The notes: generated from the sequence alone by a model not told the origin. A DNA stretch of 64,000 nucleotides from an uncultured cyanobacterium (GCA_963719515.1 CAVRCJ010000006.1:224001-288000); one strand, 5' to 3'; positions 11,379 to 22,356 are shown, counted from the first letter of the stretch. Translations and numbers: made by a program.

Positions 11379-12635
11379 GTGGCCTCTGCCACATCTCTCA
11401 CTGTGCTCGTTTCTCCAACCCCATCCAATCTATCTAGCTCTACGCGACACACCGACGTTGCCATTGTCGGCGGCGGCATCGTTGGCATGACCCTTGCCGC
11501 TGCCCTCAGCCGCAGCGGGCTGCATATTACCCTCATTGACGCGAGCACCCGCGAGGCCGGTTTGCAGCGGGAGCGGGCCTACGCCATCACGCTGCTAACG
11601 GGACAAATCTTTGAGGGTTTGGGACTCTGGCGGTCAATTTTGCCGGACATCACCACTTTCGACACGATTCGGCTAGCAGACGCTGACTGCCCGGCGGTGA
11701 TCAACCTGCGCCCTCAGGATTTAGGAACTCCGGCGCTGGGCTACGTCGGTGAGCATCGCGTTTTGGTCCGCGAGCTGCAGCGGTATCTTGACGGGGCGAC
11801 AAACGTTTCTTGGCTCTGTCCCGCTCGGGTTGCGTCGGTCGCCTATGATGAGCGCTCGACGCTGCTGAGGGTTGAAAAGGGCAGCGAGACGTATCCGATC
11901 CAGGCACAGCTCGTGGTGGCCGCCGACGGGTCGCGATCGCAGCTGCGTCAGCAGGCAGGTATCAAAACTTTGGGCTGGAAATACTGGCAGTCCTGCGTCA
12001 CCGCCGTAATTCGCCCCGAAAAGTCTCACGGTAATGTGGCCCGAGAGCACTTTTGGCCCAGCGGCCCTTTCGCCACGCTGCCCCTGCCGGACAACCGCTG
12101 TCAAATTGTGCTGACGGCTCCCCATGCCGAGGCGGAGCGTCTGATGGAAATGAGCGAGCGAGAATTTTTGGCGGTGCTCAGCCTCCGCTATGGCGGGGCG
12201 CTAGGTCAAATCAAGCTGCTGAGCGATCGCCATCTGTTTCCCGTGAAGCTAATGCACAGCCGCCAGTACGCTAAGCCCCGTCTCGCGCTTGTGGGAGATG
12301 CTGCCCACTGTTGCCACCCCGTCGGCGGGCAGGGCCTTAACCTTGGCATCCGCGACGCTGCTGCCCTGGCCCAAACGCTGCTGGCCGCCCACCAAGCCGG
12401 GCAGGACATTGGCGCTCTGCAAACCCTAAAGCGCTACGAGCGGTGGAGACAGGTGGAGAATCTAGCTATTCTTGGCTTCACCGATGTGCTGGACCGCAGC
12501 TTCTCCAATAGCTGGCCGCCCTTAGTACTGGTCAGGCGGCTGGGTCTGCGACTGATGGCGCGGCTGCGGCTAGCTCGGTGGCTGGCGCTCAAGATAATGA
12601 CGGGGTTAGCGGGGCGGCTGCCTCAAGCGCGCTAG
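11379..12635 (+). CDS. ubiH: FAD-dependent hydroxylase, UbiH/COQ6 family
   Basis: GGGIVG FAD motif, AADGSRS, GDAAHCCHPVGGQGLNLGIRD. Confidence 0.85.
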   Translation: MASATSLTVLVSPTPSNLSSSTRHTDVAIVGGGIVGMTLAAALSRSGLHITLIDASTREAGLQRERAYAITLLTGQIFEGLGLWRSILPDITTFDTIRLADADCPAVINLRPQDLGTPALGYVGEHRVLVRELQRYLDGATNVSWLCPARVASVAYDERSTLLRVEKGSETYPIQAQLVVAADGSRSQLRQQAGIKTLGWKYWQSCVTAVIRPEKSHGNVAREHFWPSGPFATLPLPDNRCQIVLTAPHAEAERLMEMSEREFLAVLSLRYGGALGQIKLLSDRHLFPVKLMHSRQYAKPRLALVGDAAHCCHPVGGQGLNLGIRDAAALAQTLLAAHQAGQDIGALQTLKRYERWRQVENLAILGFTDVLDRSFSNSWPPLVLVRRLGLRLMARLRLARWLALKIMTGLAGRLPQAR

Positions 12636-12664
12636 GCGCGCTTACTGCATGAACTACGGGAGAT

Positions 12665-13633
12665 TTACGCGCGGGACTCGGCGGTAATTTTGTCGAGGAT
12701 GTCTTGTGCGCCCTGGTCCCGGAGCAGCTGCGCGAGTTTGATCCCCAACGCATCGGCTTCGGAGGCCGGACCAGAGACGATGTCCCGTACAATGATCTGC
12801 CCGTCTAGGCTAGCGACCAAACCCGTCACAGTGAGCTGCTCTCCGTCTAGCTGGGTGTTGACGCCAATGGGCACCTGACAGCCCCCCTCTAGCTCCCGCA
12901 GGAAGGCTCGCTCGGCGTAGCAGCGCTGGGCCGTAGGCTGATGCTGCAGCGGCTTGATGATAGCGAGGATATCGGGGTCGTCGGCCCGGCACTCAATGCC
13001 TAGCGCCCCCTGTCCTACCGCATGGAGGGAAATCTCGGGAGGCAGCACCTGATGGACGCGATCGCTCATGTCCATGCGCACGAGCCCTGCCGTTGCCAAG
13101 ATAAGGGCGTCGTACTCGCCGTTGTCTAGCTTGCTCAGGCGCGTGTTGAGGTTGCCCCTGACGTCCTTAAACCTTAGATGAGGGTAGTGGTGACGGAGCT
13201 GCGCGAGACGCCTTAGAGAAGACGTTCCGATGACCGCGCCTTCAGGAAGCGTATCAATCTGCTTATCTTTGTGGTTTTGGTGCACCACCAGCGCATCCGA
13301 CGGGTCTTCCCGCTTGGTCACGCAGCCTAAGGTCAAGCCCTCCGGAAGGCGGGTCGGCAGATCTTTTAGGGAGTGGACAGCGAAGTCCACGTCGCCGTCC
13401 AGCATGCAGGTCTCTAGCTCCTGGGTAAACAGCCCCTTGTCCCCAATCTTGGCCAAGGCCACGTCCAGAATTTTGTCTCCCTGAGTGTTCATGGTGTGCA
13501 CCTCAAACCGACGGTCGGGGAACACCTGCTGCAGGCTATCTCGAACCCAATGCGTTTGAATTAGGGCGAGCTGGCTTTTACGGGAACCGATGCGGATAGA
13601 GCGGGGAGGGCTTGCAACCATAACACTGGGCAA
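12665..13633 (-). CDS. hemC: Hydroxymethylbilane synthase (porphobilinogen deaminase)
   Basis: [45 protein letters not shown]. Confidence 0.97.
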   Translation of the reverse strand: MPSVMVASPPRSIRIGSRKSQLALIQTHWVRDSLQQVFPDRRFEVHTMNTQGDKILDVALAKIGDKGLFTQELETCMLDGDVDFAVHSLKDLPTRLPEGLTLGCVTKREDPSDALVVHQNHKDKQIDTLPEGAVIGTSSLRRLAQLRHHYPHLRFKDVRGNLNTRLSKLDNGEYDALILATAGLVRMDMSDRVHQVLPPEISLHAVGQGALGIECRADDPDILAIIKPLQHQPTAQRCYAERAFLRELEGGCQVPIGVNTQLDGEQLTVTGLVASLDGQIIVRDIVSGPASEADALGIKLAQLLRDQGAQDILDKITAESRA

Positions 13634-14318
13634 AAGTTAAAGGATGTAACGTATTAAGTTCTATTGAGCATAACGAGCCAGCGTAACAAAGGATCACACC
13701 GGGCGATCGCCCTAAACCTAACGACTGCTAGACAGCTTAGCGCAGTCCCTACCCTCAGTTCTGTTTAGAGATATTACGACCTTTAGGGGAGGGGGCTTGC
13801 AGAGTTGAAAGGTTAGAAGGCGAAGCCGCCAGAACGACCTTAAATGGGGCCGAGTTCGCGCGCCGTAGAGGCCTACTTTCACATCAGGCTTGAGTCAATG
13901 CGCTTAATGCGTGCTTAATACTACAGCAGCTGTGGCTGACTATACTTCACAATAAGGGATATATAGAATAGACAATGCATCTAAACGCAGTCCTGCGCTT
14001 CCGCTTTCGTCAGACTTTGATGTCCGGCGATGTCAGCCTCAAACGCCATCTACCCATCAGCGCTATTATCACTATTCCGCAGCACATCCATCATGGGGTG
14101 TCTCACCGCTATGATAGATTCAGCACCGAAGTAGTAGCCAGACTACTTAAAGATTCGGCGGTGCTGCACATTCAGGGTATCTACTAGGCTCGACACTGCG
14201 CTCATAAGCCCCGTCTCAGCTGGGAGGTGGAGTTTTCCGTTGGCGGAGAACCTCACGTCTCAAAGTGATTTTGGTTTATTGTGTCAATTATCGTCAACCT
14301 GAGACCTAGTTTCTTCCA

Positions 14319-17300
14319 ATGGCGAACTCCTCCAAAGAGACTCCTTCCCTATCCTCCAACAGCTATTGTTCTCCCGCGTCCGATACATCCGAAGTCTGTG
14401 AGCATCCGAAGATGCCTGACTTTTCAGCTCTGATTCGCGATTCCGATGGGCAATTGACGCGGGAGCAGCTTTACCACGAGCTGCTTGAGCTTCGTCAGCG
14501 TGCCGCTTGTTTAGAAAACTCTAACCGGCAGATGCAGGAAGCTCAAGAAAGGCTGCAGGAGTTTAAGGATAGGGTGGACAATGCTTTAATTGGCTTCTTT
14601 CAGCTTTCGGCTGACGGAGACTGTCTCTATGCCAACAACGCACTCGCTCAGATCCTAGGCTATTCCACAGCTGACGACTTCAAGGCCAGCAGCAGCCCGC
14701 AGTCTCTTTTTCAAAATCCACAGGATTATCAGCGCCTCGTGCAGCGCGTTGAGCGTCACGGCATAGCGCAAGAGTTTGAGCATACCGCTCAGCCAAAGGA
14801 CGGACCAGCGATCTGGCTTGTGAGCTACGCTCGTGCCGTTCGTGATCACGAGGGTGGGGCTGCGGCCTATGAGGGGTATTGCATCAACATCACCGCACGT
14901 AAGCATGCCGAGGCCGATGACCATCAGCTTAAACTTACGCTAGAGCAGCAGATAGAAGAGCGCACGGCGGCGCTGCGTGAGTCCAATGATTATCTGATTG
15001 AAGAGATTGCTGAGCGTCAGCGCATTCTGAACGCGCTCAAGAAAAGCGAAACCCAGAAGGAAGAAATACTAGCGGCGATTCCAGACTTGATGACCGTTGT
15101 GGGCCGGGACGGTATCTATCTCGACAAAGTTCATAGCGAGGCGTTTTCAGACTACCTCAACGAGTCAGTTGACGTCGTAGGTCAGCACGTGAGCGACGTA
15201 CTGCCAGAAGACGTCGCCGAGCGTCAGCTTCAGGCCGTTCAGCAGGTGCTGGACACGGGGGTAGGCCAGGTCTTCGAGCAGCAGCTCCAGATTGGCGATC
15301 GCATTCAGTACGAAGAAGTTCGCGTGTTTCCCTGCCAGGACGATACTGCGTTAGTCATCCTGCGGGATATTACGGCCCGCAGAACGTCTCAAGATCAGTT
15401 CCAGGCTATTTTAGAAACGATTCCGGGTATCGTGTCTTGGATTGGGGCGGACCTGCGCTATCGGGGGGTGAACGCGCAGCTGGCCAGCATGTTTGGCTTG
15501 GAGCCCAAAGATTTTGCAAATCAAGATATCGGTTTTCTCCAGGCAAGCTCCGAATTTGCTGAATTTGTTCGAGAGTTTTTCAGACAAGATAGCAGAGAAG
15601 CCTACCGCGAGTTTCCGGCGATCGTTAGCGGTCAGAAACGCACCTATCTCATGGTGGTACAGAAATATAGCGATAACCAAGCGGCCTTCGCCGTTGGCAT
15701 TGACGTCACCGACCGCCGTAACGCTGAAGACGAACTCAAGAGAACTAAGGCCCAGCTTGAGGCTGCGCTCGATGCTGTTCCCGGCATTGTCTCCTGGGTC
15801 AGCGCCGACCTACGCTATCTGGGCGTCAACCGCCACCTAGCCGACTTATTTAATTTGCCTCCCAGCGCCTTTGTGAATCAAGACATTGGATTTCTTCAGA
15901 CGGGGCAAGACTTCAGTGACTTTGTTCAGCAAGTCTTTGACAGCCCAGGCACCTACGATAGCCGAGAAATCGACGCCAACATCAACGGGGCGCTGCATAA
16001 CTTCTTGATCATGGCTCAAAAGTACGATCAGGGGGACTCCCAGGCAGTCTTTACTGTTGGCATTGACATCACGGAGCGCAAGCAGGCTGAACTGGCGCTC
16101 GAGCAGGCGGAAGTCAACTACCGCAGCATCTTCGAGCGGGTTGCCGAGGGGATTTTTCAAACCAATGTGCAGGGTCAGTATCTGAGCGCTAACCCCGCCT
16201 TGGCTAGAATCTATGGCTACAGCTCAGCTGACGAACTGATGAGCGACTTGACGAGCATTCAAAATCAGCTCTACGTCGAGCCCGACCGACGATGCGAATT
16301 TGTCGATGCGCTAGAGCAGCAGGGCGAGATTTTCAAGTTCGAGTCCCAGATTTACCGAAAGGACGGACAGCTGATCTGGATCTCTGAAAATGCGCGCGTC
16401 GTTCGCGATGAGGCGGGCAGGAGTCTGTACTACGAGGGGACGGTTGAAGATATCACGGAGAGGAAGCAGGCGGTTGTAGAGCTAGAGCGAACTAAAGAAG
16501 ATCTCGAGAGCAAGGTTCTAGAGCGAACTCGCACGCTGCAGGATTTGAACCAGCGGCTGTTTGAGGAGATTTCTGAGCGTCAGCGCATCGAAAAAGCGCT
16601 GCGCTCCTCCGAGGCAGAACTGCGGGCCCTATTTGCGGCGATGACAGACTACATCGCGGTCTTTGATGCAGGGGGGCGTTACCGAAAAATTGTGTCCACG
16701 AGGTCCGATCTGCTCTACAGCCCAGATCTTGAGCGCGTGGGTAAAACGGTCTATGACGTGCTGCCCCGCGAGCAGGCGGCGCTGTTCATCATCCATATTC
16801 AGCGGGCGCTCAACACTGGCAGAACGCTCAACCTCGAATACTGCTTGCCGGTTGGTGATGGCTCTGAGGAGGTTTGGTTCACCGCCAGCGTATCTCCCAT
16901 GCCGGATAACTGCGTCATCTGGGTCGCGCGGGATATTACCCAGCAAAAGCGCGCTCAATCAGCGCTGCGACAGGCGGAGGAAAAATATCGCGACATTTTC
17001 GAGCACGCTGCAGAGGGAATTTTTCAGACCACTCCTGACGGCAACTACATCAGCGTCAATCCGGCCTTGGTCCAGATGTACGGCTACAGCTCTGCTGAAG
17101 ATTTAATCAATCAGGTCAACAGTGTCGATCAGCTGTATGTCGATGCTAATCGACGAACCGAATTTATTGATCTCATCGATGTAGAGAACACGATCTCAAA
17201 CTTTGAGGCTACCGTATATCGCAAGGATGGCGATATCATTTGGACGGCGGAAAACGCGCGAGCGGTGCGCGATGAGCAGAGCAATATTCTCTACTATGAG

Positions 17301-18011
17301 GGTACCGTTCAAGACATCACTATCCGCAAACTGGCAGAAATTGCGCTGCTGGAAGAGCGAGCTGAATCAGAGCGACTTCTGCTTAACATTTTGCCTCGCC
17401 CAATCGCCGAAAATCTTAAGCTTAGAAGAGACGATCGGGCGATCGCAGAACGCTTTGAGCAGGCCACTATTTTGTTCGCCGATATTGTTGACTTTACCCC
17501 TATTGCGGCCAGCATTTCTGCCTCTGAAATTGTCGACTTACTCAACAGTATTTTTTCCTGCTTTGATAAGCTAGCCGACGTTCACGGGCTTGAAAAAATC
17601 AAAACGATTGGTGATGCCTACATGGTTGCCGGGGGAATTCCGACCCGTAGCGATGACCACGTCAGCGCGATCGCAGACATGGCCCTCGACATGCAGCGAG
17701 AGATTACCAAGTTTCGTCGCTCTTCCAAATCAAAAGAAGAGGCTGCACCATTTCAGCTCAGAATTGGGATTCACACCGGCCCAGTCGTTGCCGGCGTAAT
17801 CGGCATCCGCAAATTTATTTACGATCTCTGGGGTGACGCGGTCAACATTGCGAGCCGTATGGAGTCCCAGGGCGAACCGAACTCGATTCAGGTCACTGCC
17901 GACGTCTACAGTATCTTGAAGGATCGATATCGGCTGAAAGAGCGCGGCCCAGTTGACGTCAAGGGACGGGGAATTATGAATACCTATTGGCTTCAAGGTC
18001 GCCGCTTCTAA
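14319..18011 (+). CDS. Soluble multi-PAS class III adenylate cyclase
   Basis: Seven PAS/PAC units ending in (D/N)(I/V)T, coiled coils, then ILFADIVDFT, KIKTIGDAYM, YDLWGDAVNIASRME (K/D specificity residues point to ATP). Confidence 0.9.
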   Translation: MANSSKETPSLSSNSYCSPASDTSEVCEHPKMPDFSALIRDSDGQLTREQLYHELLELRQRAACLENSNRQMQEAQERLQEFKDRVDNALIGFFQLSADGDCLYANNALAQILGYSTADDFKASSSPQSLFQNPQDYQRLVQRVERHGIAQEFEHTAQPKDGPAIWLVSYARAVRDHEGGAAAYEGYCINITARKHAEADDHQLKLTLEQQIEERTAALRESNDYLIEEIAERQRILNALKKSETQKEEILAAIPDLMTVVGRDGIYLDKVHSEAFSDYLNESVDVVGQHVSDVLPEDVAERQLQAVQQVLDTGVGQVFEQQLQIGDRIQYEEVRVFPCQDDTALVILRDITARRTSQDQFQAILETIPGIVSWIGADLRYRGVNAQLASMFGLEPKDFANQDIGFLQASSEFAEFVREFFRQDSREAYREFPAIVSGQKRTYLMVVQKYSDNQAAFAVGIDVTDRRNAEDELKRTKAQLEAALDAVPGIVSWVSADLRYLGVNRHLADLFNLPPSAFVNQDIGFLQTGQDFSDFVQQVFDSPGTYDSREIDANINGALHNFLIMAQKYDQGDSQAVFTVGIDITERKQAELALEQAEVNYRSIFERVAEGIFQTNVQGQYLSANPALARIYGYSSADELMSDLTSIQNQLYVEPDRRCEFVDALEQQGEIFKFESQIYRKDGQLIWISENARVVRDEAGRSLYYEGTVEDITERKQAVVELERTKEDLESKVLERTRTLQDLNQRLFEEISERQRIEKALRSSEAELRALFAAMTDYIAVFDAGGRYRKIVSTRSDLLYSPDLERVGKTVYDVLPREQAALFIIHIQRALNTGRTLNLEYCLPVGDGSEEVWFTASVSPMPDNCVIWVARDITQQKRAQSALRQAEEKYRDIFEHAAEGIFQTTPDGNYISVNPALVQMYGYSSAEDLINQVNSVDQLYVDANRRTEFIDLIDVENTISNFEATVYRKDGDIIWTAENARAVRDEQSNILYYEGTVQDITIRKLAEIALLEERAESERLLLNILPRPIAENLKLRRDDRAIAERFEQATILFADIVDFTPIAASISASEIVDLLNSIFSCFDKLADVHGLEKIKTIGDAYMVAGGIPTRSDDHVSAIADMALDMQREITKFRRSSKSKEEAAPFQLRIGIHTGPVVAGVIGIRKFIYDLWGDAVNIASRMESQGEPNSIQVTADVYSILKDRYRLKERGPVDVKGRGIMNTYWLQGRRF

Positions 18012-18239
18012 AGGCATTCGGTTCAGCCGGTGCAGCTCCACAGGTTCAAGTCCTAGGTCAATGCAGCATTGCTTCATCAGGATTTGATGTGGACCCTACT
18101 AATTTCACGGTGTCTCACCCTGATGAAGAAAGGGCGTGGATGTATCTATGGTTATGCCTTGCCTATATAGGCGGAGCAATATCACTGTCTAGGTCTGAAT
18201 AGTCGCTTGCAATAGACGACGTATGACGGACAGCGCGGG

Positions 18240-19598
18240 GTGCAAGACGACGTAACCTTTAATACTTCTCCCTTGTCTATGTCTATTAGTACCGCTGCAT
18301 TGTGGACATTAGCGGCTTTAGCGACCGGTGAGCTGCCTCAAGCTGCTTCCACCGAGCCGGCTACTCCCCCCACCCCATCTTCCCTAGCGTCCTCCGAGGC
18401 TCTGCCTGATATAGCGGCGTCAGCAACAGCTGAAATATCCATCGCGCCTGAGACGATCGACCTACTAGAGCTTTCATCGCCGCCAAGCAGCGACGAATGG
18501 GCTGACTCACCTGCAGGGTTAGATCCGACTCAAGACCCACGCCTCAGCCCTTTGCCAGAGCGTCTAGCTGCGACCCCCCCCTCTGAAGCAGCGGCGGAGG
18601 CGATCGCAGCTGCCCCTGAAGCCGTTGGGTCAGCCACATCCGGTTTGTCCCCAGTTATAGATCCAGTGGTGGATCCAGTTATAGATCCAGTGGTAGACCC
18701 TGCTGCAGCGGCGAAAGTTATTAAAGAGACGCGGCTTGCACAGGTGCTAGATACTTTGCATCAGCAGGCGTTGACGACTCCCCAAAGCCTTTCGGTAACC
18801 GAGGTGACCCCGGCGGTTCGAGCTGATTCGCAGCCGCAGCTCCTAGCACAAACGCCCTCGCGGGAGCAAGTTGACCAGCTTCAAGAGCAGCTGCAAAATC
18901 TAGAACCGACGCCGGAATTTGGCAACATTTACGAAGGCTCACCCGCCATTACGCTATCTAACCCCTCAGGGTTTGGGGCAGACGACTTTACTGGGTTTGT
19001 CGGCTTTGGCTACCAGGAGCGGACCCGGTTTGGCAACAAAGACGATGGCACTTTAGGGGTAGGGATTGGCCTAGGAGATGCGGAAGAGGCCGTCGGCCTG
19101 CAGCTGTCTTACACCGTGGCTAGCTTTGGGGGCAGCCGGGATTTTGGCGCTGGTGGATTTAATGCCAAGCTGCACCGACAGCTTCCCGGTGGCTGGGGCA
19201 TTGCCCTGGGCTGGGAGGGGTTTCTGACGACGGGTGAAGTGGACTTTGAAGATTCGATCTATGGCTCCGTCACCAACATCCTCAAAACCCGGGAAGATAT
19301 TCGCAACCCGTTTAGCCGCGTTGCCTTCACCGCTGGGGTTGGGTCAGGTCGGTTTAGAAGCGAGAACGACATCATCAATGACGACGACGGCGTCGGCGTG
19401 TTTGGCGGGGTTGCCGTGCGCGTGATTCAGCCGGTTAGCGCCATCGTTGAATGGACGGGCCAGGATTTAGCGGCGGCGGTATCGGTGGTTCCTTTCCGAA
19501 ATATTCCTATCGTAATTACGCCTGGCGTACGGGACATCACCGGAGCAGGCGACGGTGCCCGATTTGTCTTGGGGGCGGGGGTGTCGTTTAAGTTCTAG
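18240..19598 (+). CDS. Exported protein with low-complexity N-terminus and probable C-terminal outer-membrane beta-barrel
   Basis: Pro/Ala/Glu-rich N-half with PVID/PVVD repeats; alternating Gly/hydrophobic strands; ends GVSFKF; start may be 18279. Confidence 0.6.
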   Translation: MQDDVTFNTSPLSMSISTAALWTLAALATGELPQAASTEPATPPTPSSLASSEALPDIAASATAEISIAPETIDLLELSSPPSSDEWADSPAGLDPTQDPRLSPLPERLAATPPSEAAAEAIAAAPEAVGSATSGLSPVIDPVVDPVIDPVVDPAAAAKVIKETRLAQVLDTLHQQALTTPQSLSVTEVTPAVRADSQPQLLAQTPSREQVDQLQEQLQNLEPTPEFGNIYEGSPAITLSNPSGFGADDFTGFVGFGYQERTRFGNKDDGTLGVGIGLGDAEEAVGLQLSYTVASFGGSRDFGAGGFNAKLHRQLPGGWGIALGWEGFLTTGEVDFEDSIYGSVTNILKTREDIRNPFSRVAFTAGVGSGRFRSENDIINDDDGVGVFGGVAVRVIQPVSAIVEWTGQDLAAAVSVVPFRNIPIVITPGVRDITGAGDGARFVLGAGVSFKF

Positions 19599-19635
19599 GT
19601 CACTTTTCTAACCATTCTAGGAGTTTATTTTTACG

Positions 19636-20088
19636 ATGAAACTTATGCAGTATGGCTTGATTGGACTGTTAGGGGGGGCGATCGCAATTGTGGGGAGCGG
19701 TGCGCCAGCCCTAGCCCAGAACCAGTCGGATGTCACTGGCCCCAACGTCTCTGACATCACTGGCCCCAACGTTTCCGATATCACTGGCCCCAACGTTTCC
19801 GACAATACGGGAACGATAGTAGACAGTATCCGGTTTATTGACGAGACCACTATCAATCAGGCGAATGAGCTATCGCGCCTGCTAGAAGAAGCCTACTCCG
19901 CCTGCGAGATGTCTCAGTCTGTTACAGGCCCCAGGCGATTTGCCCGAGGGCCAAGTAGCCCTCAAGACTGCACAACGACCGCCTGTGTGCAATTTAACCA
20001 GATCGTGAGCCAGACCCAGCAGTTTTTGAGCGGACTAGACCCTGAGGTGGCAGAGCAGTTCTCGGGCGCTCTAGGTCGGCTCTGGTAG
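19636..20088 (+). CDS. Secreted hypothetical protein with SD(V/I)TGPNV repeats
   Basis: Signal peptide ending PALA; 24-bp in-frame repeats at 19726-19812; three Cys. Confidence 0.75.
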   Translation: MKLMQYGLIGLLGGAIAIVGSGAPALAQNQSDVTGPNVSDITGPNVSDITGPNVSDNTGTIVDSIRFIDETTINQANELSRLLEEAYSACEMSQSVTGPRRFARGPSSPQDCTTTACVQFNQIVSQTQQFLSGLDPEVAEQFSGALGRLW

Positions 20089-20155
20089 CGATCGCTATCG
20101 AAAATTCAAGTCCTAATTTTTGCCGTAATCCACACTTTATCCTGAGGGAGAGACT

Positions 20156-20833
20156 ATGCCTAATTTCGCTTGGAAACCACTGGCGATGCTGGCGGTACTG
20201 GGCAGCGTTCTTGTTCCAGCGTCTTTAGTTCAAGCCGAAGAGTTTGACAACGGCGCTGTTCGGTTCGACGCTGACACCATTATCGAGTTTGAATTTATTG
20301 AGTCCAATAACGCCTATCAATCAACCTTCGGCGTTGCGGAACTCGACAACAGTGGCCGAGTTGTCCGCACCTACCCGCTCTATGAGGAAACCGTTCCATC
20401 TGATCGCAGTCAAGACGTAACCGCCCCCTCCAGATACAGAGATGACTTGGGTTTGCCAGATAGAAGCGACTTTTCCGGTAGCCCCGGCGTCACCGTTCCA
20501 GACCCGCTAGCAGAGTTCGAGTTTCGGGCCGATACGAGCTACGCCTTTTATCTAGAGTCTCAGTTCAACGGAATTTCGGAGGAGATTCTCTATTCGCTAG
20601 ACGCTCTAAACCAGGGAAGACAGCGCTGGTTTAAATTTGGCGGGACCCTGAGCGACTTAGGTAATGGCGGCATCGTCATTCGCGTTGAAGATACTGGCTC
20701 AATTTTGGTGGGTGAGAGCGGATCAGACCAAGACTTCGACGATTTCAACGTCCGCGCGGGGGGGCATGTAGCCTGCTTCGACGCGGGCTTGCGCTCTGGC
20801 TCCAAAGCGGCTGACTGCCCGTTCGCCAAGTAG
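20156..20833 (+). CDS. Secreted acidic hypothetical protein (DUF4114-like C-terminus)
   Basis: Signal peptide ending VQA; AYQSTFGV and ED...DQDFDDF motifs; RBS GAGGGAG. Confidence 0.65.
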   Translation: MPNFAWKPLAMLAVLGSVLVPASLVQAEEFDNGAVRFDADTIIEFEFIESNNAYQSTFGVAELDNSGRVVRTYPLYEETVPSDRSQDVTAPSRYRDDLGLPDRSDFSGSPGVTVPDPLAEFEFRADTSYAFYLESQFNGISEEILYSLDALNQGRQRWFKFGGTLSDLGNGGIVIRVEDTGSILVGESGSDQDFDDFNVRAGGHVACFDAGLRSGSKAADCPFAK

Positions 20834-20874
20834 TGTAGGGAGGGGTGACGAAATCGTCCTCGTTCAGCCAACGG

Positions 20875-22356
20875 CTACTTAGCGGGCGATGTCCCCTCCC
20901 CTATCTCCAAAGACTGCGGCACCTGAACCCCCAAAACTACCGCTCGCACCAGCATGAATGCCGCCATCGCTGCCCACAGCAGCCCGTTTGCGCTCAGCTG
21001 CCAGCTCGCGATCGCCAGCGGCAGGAATCCCACAACGACTGCCGTAGCCATACTGTTGCGCAGAATCGGCCCGTTGGCCAAGCCTAGAAAATAGCCGTCT
21101 AGCACAAACGCCATTGACCCAAACCCCAACACGGGCAGCAGCCACAGGACGTCGTGGGCGATATGCTGCACGATTTCGCCGTGGTTGGTCAGCAGGGCAA
21201 AGAGAGATCCGGGAAACGCTGCGAATACCGTAGCCACCCCCAACCCCAGCACTAGCCCTGTTCCTCCCGCTAACTTCAGCAGCGGCAGGAGGGAACCGGT
21301 GGCCTTAGCGCCATAAAAGCTCCCCGCAATGCTCTCGGTGGCGAACGCCAGCCCGTCAATGAAGTACACCGCCAAAATGACCACCTGCAGCAGCAGCATG
21401 TTGGCCGCTAGGGCTGTCGTTCCGAGAGAAGCGCTCCAGGCGGTGAATAGGGCATAGACAGTAATAAACAGCACGCTGCGCAGCCAAATGTTGGCGTTGA
21501 GCCGAAAGGCCATCGTTAGCGATCGCCGGTTGAGAATTTGAGGGGCGATTCGCCAGTGCTGCAGGGGCACATCCCGTATCACAAAAAACAGCCCTACGAG
21601 CAGCATGATGTACTGACTGAGGGCAGTAGCCAGCCCCGCCCCAGCGCTCTGCCACCCCAGATGCACAATGAACCAGTAGTCCAGCGCCACGTTCCCCCCA
21701 TTGCTGAGCGCCGACAGCAGCAGCACGCGCCCCCCCTGCTCGCGCCCTAAAAACCACCCCAGCAGCACAAAGTTGAGCAGCGTAGCGGGGGCATCCCAAA
21801 TGCGAGCGCTGTAGTAGCTGCGCCCCGCCTCTACGACATCAGGGGTGGCATCAAACAGAGCAAACCCCAAAGTCCTGAGAGGGTTTTGCAGCAGCAGCAG
21901 CAGGACGCCCAGCGCCAGGGCAATAAGGCCGTTACGCAGCAAAATTAGCAGCACCTCATCGGGGAGGTCAGGGGCAGGTGCGGCGGCTGTAGACGCTTTC
22001 TCAGCAGAGGCCTCAGCGCTCGGGGCCACACTGCTACCAACCTGTTCAGCAGTCCCGCTAGCAGCTAACGCTTGGGCGGTAGGGCCTGTGGTGCCCATAC
22101 GTAGAAAGTTGCAGGGTCGGTAGAGGTAATTGAATAGGGCGGTGGCGATCGCCACCCCAGCCAAAAAGCGAATGTTGCTGAGGTGCCCCAAGAAGGCTGA
22201 GTCCACTAGACCCGCCAAGGGCACCATCAGGTTCGAGAGCACGTTGACAGCCGCAAGACGGGCGAATCGTATCCAGAGCGGCTGATGGGGCAGGACGCTT
22301 TGGGTGGCGCTTAAAGAATCACTCACAGGAGTCACGGTACAGAACGGTTTGCCCAC
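20875..22356 (-). CDS. MATE family efflux transporter (DinF-like)
   Basis: NLMVPLAGLVDSAFLGH, FLRMGTTG, DGLAFATES; about 12 TM helices. Confidence 0.9.
   Translation of the reverse strand: MGKPFCTVTPVSDSLSATQSVLPHQPLWIRFARLAAVNVLSNLMVPLAGLVDSAFLGHLSNIRFLAGVAIATALFNYLYRPCNFLRMGTTGPTAQALAASGTAEQVGSSVAPSAEASAEKASTAAAPAPDLPDEVLLILLRNGLIALALGVLLLLLQNPLRTLGFALFDATPDVVEAGRSYYSARIWDAPATLLNFVLLGWFLGREQGGRVLLLSALSNGGNVALDYWFIVHLGWQSAGAGLATALSQYIMLLVGLFFVIRDVPLQHWRIAPQILNRRSLTMAFRLNANIWLRSVLFITVYALFTAWSASLGTTALAANMLLLQVVILAVYFIDGLAFATESIAGSFYGAKATGSLLPLLKLAGGTGLVLGLGVATVFAAFPGSLFALLTNHGEIVQHIAHDVLWLLPVLGFGSMAFVLDGYFLGLANGPILRNSMATAVVVGFLPLAIASWQLSANGLLWAAMAAFMLVRAVVLGVQVPQSLEIGEGTSPAK

Noticed and set aside
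13975..14187. 70-aa ORF upstream of the cyclase
   Set aside because: No motif or clear RBS; probably promoter or leader DNA
20875..22356. Toxin-cluster (guanitoxin GntT-like) transporter
   Set aside because: Generic DinF-like MATE with no biosynthetic genes adjacent
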